Notes under the pieces: generated by a model
Told to the model about the DNA's origin: nothing
What the model saw: the letters and a program-made list of their open reading frames with translations, nothing else
Database searches by the model: none
Assembly: GCA_038087875.1 (NCBI GenBank)
Contig: CM075991.1
Coordinates: 3,844,001-3,908,000, forward strand
DNA from: Malacoraja senta
Lineage: Eukaryota
Direction of reading: 5' to 3'
DNA length: 64,000 bases
Part shown: piece by piece, positions 50,301 to 62,300 of the stretch
How positions within the stretch are numbered: the first letter of the stretch is position 1
How the letters are laid out: every line of letters begins with the position of its first letter
Made by a program: the position numbers and the translations under genes

Positions 50301-53300
50301 CACATGCCGAGGTAATTTCAGGCAAACAGGAAGGTATGTATTCTGTGCTCACTGTAAAATTAAATCAGTCATCACTCACTTGAGAAGTGTATTTTGCGAT
50401 TATTGTATATAGATATTAACGAGTGACTGTAATATTGATGCGCAGTTTGATGTATGTTAAGTGCACTGTCACTATCATGACAGTCATTGAGTTAGAGGTT
50501 GGGGGGGTGGAAGATTGCAACCATTACGTGGTCCGCCCTGTTTAGACTAATGCAATCAACCTGGCGTGCACAATCAAATAAGATCAAATAGAACAAGTTG
50601 TCCTACAACTTTAGGCTGTGCATGCCATACGCAAGAAGAAGAAGAAGAAGAGGTTGGGCAGCACTTCAACAAGGAAAAACTGTTTACATGCAAATACAAC
50701 ATGTTTAAATATTCTTCACAAAACATAGAACAGTACAGCACAGGCCAACAATGTGCCGAATCTGATGTCGTCAAACTGATCTCATCTGCCTGTAAAGATC
50801 CATATCCCTCTATTCCCTGCACTTTCGTGTGCCTATCTAAAAGCCTCTTGAACGCCAGCATTGTATCTGCCTCTGCCACCATCCTTGGAAATGCTTTCCA
50901 GGCCCTCACTACTCACTGTGTGTGTGTGTGTGTGTGTGTGGGGAGGGGGTGGGGGTGGGGGTAAATGTCCTGCACATCTCCATTAATCTTTCCCCCTCTC
51001 ACCTTAAAACTATGCCCTCCAGTGTCGGACATTTCCACCCTCGGAAAGTTTCTGGCTATATACCATATATACGTATGCCTCATAATTTTATATCCTTCTA
51101 TCAAGGTTACCCTCAACCTCCAATGTTCCAGAGATAACAATCCAAGTCTATTCAACCTCTCCCTGCAGTTGAAATTCTTTAATCCAGGCAGCATTTTGGT
51201 AAACCTCCTCTACTGTCTCGAAAGGCTCCATCTTTCCTGTGATGTCATGACCAGAACTACATGCAATACTCGAAATATGGCCGAACCTACAGTTGCATCA
51301 TGAATTTCTAACTCTTATACTCAGTGCCCCTAGCAATGAATGCATACGCCTTCTTTACCACCCTAGCGACGTGCTGCCACCTTCCGTGAGCTGCGAAACG
51401 CAATAGCAAATACGACTTGTTCTCATCTCCAATTTTCTTTTGATCCTAAATAATTAATATTCAACACTTTTGCATGTGTGTGTTTTTGAAATGTTTTATG
51501 AATTGTTTTAGGTGTATATGCCTGGATTGGAATTAACTTTGTCCTGGGAAGATTTAACCACATCAGTGCAGGTAAAGATTCATCTATACATTTGGAGGGT
51601 GGGACTAAACATCTATTGGGTGTATTTTGCAACATGTTATTTATAGCTAATTTTATACTAAGATGAAGATGTATTTAATATAATCGTCTGCCAGTCCTTA
51701 AGATAAATACATTTATCACATTAGAATGGCACAGTTAGTGGAGCTGCCATATTATAGCTTGTGACTTGGGTCAATTCCTGATGTGCTGGTTGGTAAACTA
51801 ACTGGTAACTCTAAATTGTACCTAGAATGGGTGAGTTGTAGAATCTAGAGAAGTTTGAGAATGTGGGAGAATTTAAAAGAAGAGTCTAGAGCAAATATTA
51901 TCAGTGTGGGCTTAGTGGGTGGAAGTTCATGTGTCCTTGCGGTGATTCTGAATATTTGGCATGTTCTGTTCAAAGAATTTAAGTTTTCACCATTGCTTCA
52001 GCCTCATCAGTTTTGTTTTACAATCTGGATTAATTTATATATATATATATATATATATATTTGAAGCATGGTTTCGGGGATCCGAACCCAAAAATATTTT
52101 CCCGTTGTTTTGGCTTAGTTTGGAGATACAACGTTAAGACAGGACCTTCAGCCCACCGAGTCCATGCGAGCATTGATCACCCTTTCGCACTAGTTCTATC
52201 TTATCCCACTCTCTCCTCCACTCTCTATACAATAAGGGAATTTTGCAGAGGCATATTAACCTACAAAACCTGCACGTCTTTGGGATGTGAGAGAAAACCG
52301 AGGCATCCGAAGGAAACCCACGTGGTCAAGGGGAGAACGTGGAAATTCCACATAGACAGCAGCTGAGGTCTGGACTAAACCTGGGTCTCTAGTGCTGTGA
52401 GGCAGCAGCTCTACTGCTCTACCACCTCCTATTGGTTATAGGAGGAATAAAATGCAGCCTACAACTTGGGAATTGTGTACTGTGTGTAAACTTTGTTTGA
52501 TGGCTTTCAAAATGAAATGGGCATCTAACTACTTGTCCTTTTCTGATTTCATGCAGGTGAAGATTCTGTGGTGGAAGTCAATGTTCCTGGCACTGAAACC
52601 CAGGCGGCCGTTGTCCGCAAGAGGACAACTGGTGTACTGGACATGGGTGGGGTTTCCACTCAGATAGCCTATGAAGTCCCCAAAACTGTAAGCTTTGCCT
52701 CTTCACAACAGGTTATTATCTGTCCAACCTTCTTTTATTTTGCAATTTTCCTTTTAGTCTGTGTTCCCTAACATTTTGATCATTTACTTGCTTGCGTTCA
52801 ATCCCTTGCCCGTTGGTTACTGCAGTTCTTACTAACACCCAAATGCATGCTCTGAAATCTAATGGTCATTATTTTATTGGTCTTGTATATTGTGTACTCT
52901 CATTTAATTGAAATGTCCATTTTATTTTTAAATCAACCTTGTGAATTAAACTAGATGTGGTACTAATTCGAAATCACCTTTGTAACAAATGTCCTGCACA
53001 TATGTTCAACTTAGTTTTTCAGTTGGAGCTTAGACTAGTTCTGAGAGGAGTGGAGGCAGAACTAGCAGGCTTTGGACATGGGGAGGAAGGATGGGGCTGA
53101 CTGGGTAAATATATTTAAGAAGAAATGCAGGGGGAAGTGGTTGAAAGAGTTTAATGTCACTAGGATGAACATAAATCTCAAAGTGAGGATTTTAAAATCA
53201 GTTTCTATAGGGTCCTTGGAGCTTAGAGTGCTTGGAAATTGTTGGAATTATTGGAGTGCAGAAATTAATAAGAAATGCAGATGCTTGAAATCTAAAATAA

Positions 53301-56300
53301 AATAAAATGCTAGAAATACTCTGCAGGTCATGTCACACGTGGGAAAAGAAGTAGAATGAGTGTTTCAGGCTGAAGTCCTTTCATGAAAACACTATGGTTC
53401 ACACGCTTTCAAGCTTCTGCATCTTATGCCCGATGGGGATGAGAAGAGAGAATGACTGGGCTGTGGTTCTCCATTATGTTGCCTGCTTCTCCGAGGCACA
53501 TGGATTGTAGATGGAGTTGTTTGTAGTGGTGGGGAGACATTTTTGCTTGTTACACTGGCCAGCGTTTATATCGCTTTGATCTTGGGCAGAATAGTTGCCA
53601 TGCCAAGCTGAGATGCTTGTGGCTTGTACGGCACCTCTGTTGAAATTGGTGGGAAGCATAGGAGACAGTATGGACAGTAAATGGAGAATGGACATAAAAA
53701 TGGTTTAAACTGTGGGTTCAGCCAAGACACTGAATTTTTGGAGTGGACTGAAAGTCCTCCCCTGCTACTTATGTGAGCAGCCTCAGTGAATTTATATTTT
53801 GTTTCTTGTGGGAAGCTTCCTTGGGGTTTGATTATTTGCATGGAATCGTGCGAAAATTCACTTTTCCTGCTCCTAACCGTGAGAAGAAAAATATGATCTT
53901 TCCTGTTGGCATGTTGAAACCTCAAAGTGTTTTTTTCTTTTTGACCCATACTTTTTCACTTAATTCCATCTTTGTCTTTTTTTTACTCCTAATTTGACTA
54001 ATTTCCATCCTTCCCTGCCACTTTTTGCCAGTCCTCGAATCTCTTTGGTTGTTGAGGTACCCAGTTTGTGCCATCTCACATAAGGTCACAATGGTCTTTC
54101 ACCCGCTCCCTGCCATTATCATCTTGTGGTCTAACAAAGTCAGTTGTCTTGTGCTGCTGAATGCAGTGAGTCACCATTTAACTCTTGTGCATTCATTTCC
54201 ATTTCACCTCAGACAAATTTCTCCTCACTGCTCTGTTGAATTGCCGCTGTACTCATTCAATGCTGTCTGTTAATTATGCTTAGTGGTTGCATTCTGAAAG
54301 GTTTGAATATGAAATAAAGTTGACAACTTATGTGTGATTGCCCACCCTTTGAGCAGGAGGAGGTGGCCAAGAACCTGCTGGCAGAGTTCAACCTGGGCTG
54401 TGATGCCCATCACACGGACCATGTATATCGAGTCTACGTCACCACGTTTCTGGGTTTCGGCGGGAATGCTGCCAGAAAGCGATACGAGGAACAGATTGTC
54501 TACAAGACCACGCTGACAAACAGGTACTTGGACCATCTGAGAAGAGGTTCTCGCAAGTGAGCTGGGTTAAAACGTTATTATTTGGCCCAGCTGATGAATT
54601 TCAATGGTTTGCTCCATTTGTTCCGCTTCCCACCCTACGGCACCTTGTCCTTTTTAAAGAGATAAGGTATTGTATCAAAATCTACAAATTGGATGACTTC
54701 AATTTGTCAGCCACAGCACAAATAGCAGCAAAGATCACTGAGGCACTGGGGATCACTGGGGGAGTCCAGAACCAGGGCCCACAGTTTAAGAATAAGGAGT
54801 AAGCCATTTAGAACCGAGACGAGGAAACACTTTTTCTCACAGAGAGTGGTGAGTCTGTGGAATTCTCTGCCTCAGAGGGCGGTGGAGGCAGGTTCTCTGG
54901 ATGCTTTCAAGAGAGAGCTAGATAGGGCTCTTAAAAATAGCAGAGTCAGGGGATATGGGGAGAAGGCAGGAACGGGGTACTGGTTGGGGATGATCAGCCA
55001 TGATCACATTGAATGGCTGGCTCGAAGGGCCGAATGACCTACTCCTGCACCTATTGTCTATTGTCTATTGGCTCTTCAAATTACTTCTCATGTGCTAAGA
55101 ATTCTAATAACGTTCAGTCTTATTTTGTCTGGCACTTGATGATCAAGTGTTAAAACCAAAACAAATGTTCATTGAACTGCTCAACCTTGGAGGGGAAAAG
55201 GCAACCATGCACAACAACTGGGGTTGTACCACTGGCCTGACATTAGATGTTATGCCATGGTCAAGACCCAAGGAATCTTGTATGATAACAAATCTAATAT
55301 GATTGCTCCTTGTTCAGGACCTGGGAGAAAATGTTGGTGAATGGCCAAGGTGGAAGAGTTAGTGGTGGGGTGGAAGGCATTATGTGGATGACACAGAAAG
55401 GACCAGGGGATAGTTGATTGGGGGGGGGGGGAGTGAAGTTTAGAACATCAGTGGGCGAGAGATGGGGTTTCCTGAGAGCCATAGGGGAAGAATAAGGGCA
55501 ACTGATACTGGGGCAAGTTCCAATTCAGCAGTGTTTAAAGTGTGTGCCATTTGCCAGCCCTGTGCATTCTACACTATTTGCTAACAATTGTAAATTGTCC
55601 CTAGAATTTAGGATAGAACTAGTGTACTGGTGATCGCTGGTCAGCATGAACATGGGGCGGTCAAAGGGCCTGTTTCAACTCTATCCTCAAACTAACCACT
55701 GGAAATGCGTAGCAGCCTCTACGTACAGCAGCATCATGTAGCAGGGTAGACAAAAGTGCTGGAGAAACTCAGCGGGTACAGCAGCATCTATGGAGCGAAG
55801 GAAATAGGCAACGTTTCGGGCCGAAACGTTGCCTATTTCCTTCGCTCCATAGATGCTGCTGCACCCGCTGAGTTTCTCTAGCACTTTTGTCTACCTTCGA
55901 TTTTCCAGCATCTGCAGTTCCTTCTTAAACATCATGTAGCAGGGTTCCAGAACTGGTGCTCTGAGAACAAAAAATGTGGATAGGCCCATTATGGCGAATT
56001 TATTTGACTAGAACGACATAGTAAATGTCGCAACTTCAGGAGCGGAGAAATGAAATTCAAACATTATAAACAAGAAAAGAAAAAAAAAAACACTTCCTTC
56101 ATTTCTTGCACAGGTTACTGGGGCAGAAGACGGGCACATCTGAGGAAATCCCATACTTGGACCCTTGTTTGCCGGTCGACATCAAGGATGAAATTCATCA
56201 GGATGGGCAAACTGTGTACTTGCGTGGACTGGGAGACTTTGATTGGTGTCGGGAAGTGATTTTCCCCTTGTTAAACAAGACTAATGAGACTTCGACGTCC

Positions 56301-59300
56301 ATCAGTGGGATCTACCAGCCCCCGCTGGACTACAGAAACAGTGAATTCTATGGTTTTTCTGAATTCTTTTACTGCACTGAAGATGTCTTGCGCATGGGTG
56401 GTGGCTACAACGTCGCTAAATTCACAAAGGCCGCTAAGGTATTGAGTTGAATTTCAAGTATCTCATGACATATGCATCCGGATTGACACACCTGAGTGGC
56501 TAGCACTTGTTTCAGTTTCTGGGTTGCAGTGGCACTGTGGGGGAGGGGCTGGAGAATCATGCAGGAAGATTATTCCCGATGTTGGGGAAGTCCAGAACAA
56601 GGGGTCACAGTTTAAGGATAAGGGGGAAGTCTTTTAGGACCAAGATGAAAAAAACATTTTTTACACAGAGAGTGGTGAATCTGTCGAATTCTCTGCCACA
56701 GAAGGTAGTTGAGGCCAGTTCATTGGCTATATTTAAGAGGGAGTTAGATGTGGCCCTTGTGGCTAAAGGGATCAGGGGGTATGGAGAGAAGGCAGGTACA
56801 GGATACTGAGTTGGATGATCAGCCATGATCATATTGAATGGCGGTGCAGGCTTGAAGGGCCGAATGGCCTACTCCTGTGCCTATTTTCTATGTTTCTATG
56901 TAGTCTGATGCCCAGAAGAGGGTTGCAAGTGAAAGTGACCACCAGGAGGCAGGGTGGTGACAAAGTCTTGTGGCAAACTTGCCTTCATTGATCAGGGCAC
57001 AAGGTATAGGTATTGAGACAAGTTACAGCTGTACAAGGTAGAGGGAAGACCACATTTGGAGTACAATGTACAGTTTTGACCATCCTGCTGTAGGACAAAT
57101 GTTTTTAAACTAGAAAGGGTGCAGGAAAAGACTTGCGTTACGTGCTCTGAAAGGTTTGAGTTACAAAGAGAGGCTGGTTCAGCTGATTTTTTTTTTTCTA
57201 TTCCCCCTTGGAATGCAAAGGCTTGAGCGGTGAGGGGTTTATAAAATCGTGAAGGGCAGAGATAAGGTGAATAACCAGTCTTTTCTCCAGTGAAGGGGAG
57301 GCTAAAACTAGAAAGCATAGCTTTACAGTAAGGGGAAAACTTTCAATGACCTGACGGGCAAGCTTTTCACACAGGGTGCTGCATATATGGAACTAGCTGC
57401 CAGAAGAAGAGGTAGAGGCAAGTACAATTGATATTTCAAAGGCACTTGGACAAGTAAACGGTTAAGAAACGTGCTGGCAAGTGAGACTAGCTCAGTTTGC
57501 CACTTGGTCAGCATGGGCAAGTTGAACTGAAGGCCTATTTCCATCCTGATTGACTCTAAGATGTTAAACTAAGGCAACGTATATCAGCTGGTGTTTCAGA
57601 TTCCATGTCGTGATTTTGAAGAACATAATCAGTCGTGAACCAGTCCCTGAATTAACATCTTGGGGGGGGGAAAAAAAAAACAGGTTATAATCTCAAAACC
57701 GACAGTGTTGGAGTAACTGAGTTGGTTAGGCAGCATCCCTGGGAAGCATTGATCGGTGACCTTTCACGTCAGGACTCTTCTTCAGTCTGATTGTGGAGAG
57801 GGGAAGGGAAGTCTTCTACAGATTAATTGTTGGGGGGGGCGGGGAGGGAAGGAATGAAAACTAGACGAGAGGAGGGGCAAGACTGTGGCTGGTAATAGGT
57901 GAATACAGGCAAGGGGGGTTTTGATAGGCAGATTGGTTGTCAAGGGCCACAGATGGATAAAATATGAGATAGAAAGAATTGAAGTTACAAACTCCAGATC
58001 AAGGAATGGTGGGTGGAGGGGAGAAATAGGTCTGAGTCTAGTTGGGGGATAGGAGGGTGTAGGGGAAATGGGGCTGTTAGCAGTTACTTCAGAATTGGAG
58101 AATCCAACGTTGATATCATTGAGTCGTAAGTTACCCAAGTGGAATATGAGGTGCTGTTCCTCCAGTTTGCACGTGTCCTCACTCTAACAATGGAGGAGGC
58201 CCAGGACAGAAAGATTAAAGGGCCTGTCCCACTTTCCCGAGTTACTCACCAATTCTCCCGAGTTTTCCCCTTGCTTCAAACTCGGAGAATGTCCGTAGGA
58301 GGCCGTAGGCATCCATAGATATTTCGTAGCGGCTCGTAATGCCAGCCGTAGGTACTCGGGGCATCAGGTAAGTCGGGATGTTTTTTCAGCATGATGAAAA
58401 ATGTCCACGAGGAAAATAATAGCCCCGAGTACCTACAGCTGGATATTACCGTAATTCTCTGAGTTTGAATCAAGGGGAAAACTCGGGAGAATTCATGAGT
58501 AACTCGGGAAAGTGGGACAGGGACTTTACATGGGAATGGAAGGGAATTAAAATGGTCAGCAACTGGGAGATCCAGTCGGCCTTGGTGGACCAAGCTCAAG
58601 TTTTTGACAGAAAAGCTAAAAGCTATATGCACTGCTATTGATGGATACAAGTGGCTGGAGTAACTCAGCGTGACAGGCAGCATCTCTGAAGAGAAGGAAC
58701 GGGTGACATTTCGGGTCATGATCCTTCTTCAGACTGGTTAGGGATCAGGGAAACGAGTGATATAGACAAAGATGTAGAGAGATAAAGAACAATGAATGAA
58801 CGATATACAAAAAAGTAACGATAATAAAGGAAACAAGCCATTGTTGGTTGTTTGTTGGGTGAAAACAAGAATGGGGGGGGAAGGAGGGATAGAGAGAGAG
58901 GGAATGCCGGGGCTACCTGAAATTAGAGAAATCATTATACCACTGGGCTGTAAGCTGCCCAAGCGAAATTTGCATTTAGCCTCACTCTGACAATGGAGGA
59001 GATCTAGAACAGAAAGGTCTGTGTGGGAATGGGAAGGAGAATTCAAGTGTTTAGCGACCGGGAGATCGACTAGGTTCAGACGGACTGAGCGAAGGTGTTC
59101 AGCCAAACGATCGCCCAGTCTACAACTACTATTGTATGTTTTTGTAGGATTATTGTGCAACAAAGTGGACAGTCCTGAAGGAACGCTTTGACCGTGGCTT
59201 GTACTCCTCTCATGCGGACCTGCACAGACTGAAGTAAGCTTCTATTGGTGATGGCATTGATCTCATCCAACAGGGAAACGGTGGGATTTCATTCCTATAA

Positions 59301-62300
59301 AACATTTTCTCCCTTGTATAAATGTCGTGGCACAGTGTGGATTAAACTGGACATGTCCTACCAGCTCTCCTGTCGACTGTCAAAGCCACCATTCCTATGA
59401 AGTATGCTGGAGCAAGCACGCTTGTTCACTACTTTAGTCAGATGGTGGTGAATCTGTGCAGTTCTTTGCCACAGAAGGTTGTGGAGGCAAAGTCAGTGGA
59501 TTTAATTAAGGCAGAGCTAGATAGATTCTTGGTTAATACGGGTGTCAGAGGTTATGGGGAGAAGACAGGAGAATGGGGTTAGGAGGTTGCATTAGATCAA
59601 CCATGATTGAATGGTGGAGTAGAATGGGCTGAATGGCTTAATTCTACTATCTCTTCTGATCTTATGGCTACCTGATGAGCATACCATGCTCAGCTTTGAT
59701 AACCTGCTATGAGACAAGTTTCCAGAAGGATTGTTGTTGTGTGTTTCAGTAGGTATGGGTGGCTGGAACCAGAACGCCTTTCCTTTCCTTATTTATTACA
59801 CTGCAGGAATGTCGCTTGAAATCACACATAAAGAAATAATTTTAATCAAGACTGGAGATTGTCGCATATCTGCAGTTGGCAGCAACTGCTAACACTGAGA
59901 TGAGCACAAAGTCATTGTGGCAGGCAACAGTTGTCTCCTTTTGGCTCATTGGGATTGAGTCCTATGTAATTGTACAATGCTCTCTTAAGATACTAATACC
60001 AAGAGAGGACCAGAATAGCCAATTTACTTGACTCTTGAAATTAGACAGCAACTCTGAAATGTTCTATCTCTGTTTGCAGTGCTGGAAACATTGCATATAA
60101 TGTAAATTCAGCTGTGAGTCTTCCATTCTTTTCTAAGTGTGTTCATTCCATGAATATGAACCTCACTAGCAAGGCTGGCATTTTATACCCTTTCCCAGAA
60201 TATCTTTGAGAGGGTGGTGGTGATGTATCTTATTTATCTCTGCAGTCCTTCAGTTTGTTCCTATGCAGGCTCCCCAGTGTTACATTATGGTAAAACCAAT
60301 AATCTGGACATTGACACTGGACTAGCAGATTTTCCAGACTATTGGACATTAGACTTTACTTTAGAGATACAGCACAGAAACAATCTCTTCGGCCAACCGA
60401 GTCCGTGCCAACCAGTGATCACCCTGTATACTAACTAGCACTATCCTACATACTAGGGACAATTTACAATTTTTACTGAAGCCAATTAATCTACAAACTT
60501 GTGCGTCTTTGGAGTGTGGAAGGAGACGGAGCACCTGGAGAAAACCCACGCGGTCACATGGAGAATGTACAAACTCCTTACAGACAGTATCCGTAGTCGG
60601 GATCGGACCCGGGTCTCCAGTGCTGTAAGGGAGCAGCTCTACTGCTGCACCACCGTGCCGTCCCTTCTTAATTCCTCAAATTACTCTTGTTAATTCCTGA
60701 GCATACTTATTTCACTTGTTACACAGTTGCATAATAAATTTTCCACTGACCTTAAAGGGAGCAGGAAATATACAAGCGCTCTGGCCACAAACCTCACCCA
60801 TGTTTCCGAATCCCAGCTGTGGCTGCATAATAAACCCATCGTCCATTCGTGCCCTGGCTCAGGCAACATTACCTGCCTGAACTCTGAGCCCCCTGCTCAC
60901 ATTGCAGATTAATGAATGAGACAGGAATCGCACCGTCTGGTTTCCCATTAATTGGACATTGCGTTATTGGAGTTTAATTGGAGTTTGCTTTTTTCAACCC
61001 GTGTCTGTGAGGAAGAAATATTTTTATTTTGCCTACTGTTGTAAGGCAACAGGAAAGCTTGGAATGCAAAATAGTTCTGAAAGTACTGGCAGAATTCAGT
61101 GGGTGAAGTAACACCTGTGGAGGGGATGAGCAGGTGATGTTTCAGGTCAGGACCCTTCAGTCTCGACCCGAAACTTTGTGGTTATTCCTTCCACAGATGG
61201 AGCCTGACCAAGGTGACTTCTTCCAGTGCTTTGTTTTGCTCAAGATTCCTACATCTGCACTTCCTTGTGTCTCTAGATCTGTGACATTGTATGTGTGTGT
61301 GTTGATTTCAGGTATCAGTGTTTCAAATCGGCGTGGATGCATGAGGTTCTTCATCGTGGCTTCTCCTTCCCTGTGACCTACACCAACTTGAAAACGGCTC
61401 AGCTGGTCTATGATAAAGAGGTTCAGTGGACACTTGGGGCAATTCTCTACCGTACTCGTTACTTACCCTTGAGGTGAGACTCATTGGAGGTTTGCTCATC
61501 AATTTTCTCTGCGAAGAACACTAAAGTTTTGGATATGAAATGTTTGTCCATTAATCATTGCAACTGATTTCCCCTTGTGCTCTGGATGCAAATGGAAAAA
61601 CTTTTATTTCTACAATGCTACCTGACCTGCTGTGTGTTCCCAGTATTTTCTGTTTTTATTTCGCATTTAAGAAATGTTGTTTGAGGGTTAAATGTTGGTC
61701 ATGTCACAGTGACAAACTCTCGTATGTACTACCGAATAAGGCTATGGGAGTTTTGGGGTCACCTGTGGGCAGCTTTGGGCTCCTTATCCAAGAAATCTCA
61801 TTGATAACACCTTTCCACAGACCCTAGCAAGTACCCTACCATGGATATTAGACCAGTTATTCTGCTTTCTTTTCCTGCCTTTTTTTAAATAGTGAGTTTA
61901 CATTTGTCACCTTCCAATTTGCAGGAATCATTCTAGATTCTCTTGAAGTTTACAGGTACCCACGACATCCTACTTTTCGTTCTCTGGGATATAGAATATC
62001 AGATCTAGGAAGTTGATTTTTGCTTGCATTAATTCTTCCAGCACTATGTCTCTTTTGCTAATTCTAATTTCCTTTTTGTTTAACGTTTCCTTTTCATACT
62101 AACGTGTTACCTGACAAAGGAACCACGTTTTGTATAATTATACTGCTCTTTCTTTGCTCCCATTTCTGATTATAAGATTCCGACATTTCTCTTCAGTAAA
62201 TCTTTTTTTATGCTTCTGTTTGTTCATTCATTTATTCCATGCTATTTTACCTCTGTGCCCTGTTTTGCTCTCTAATTCAATGTATGTTTTCTTGCTAAAT

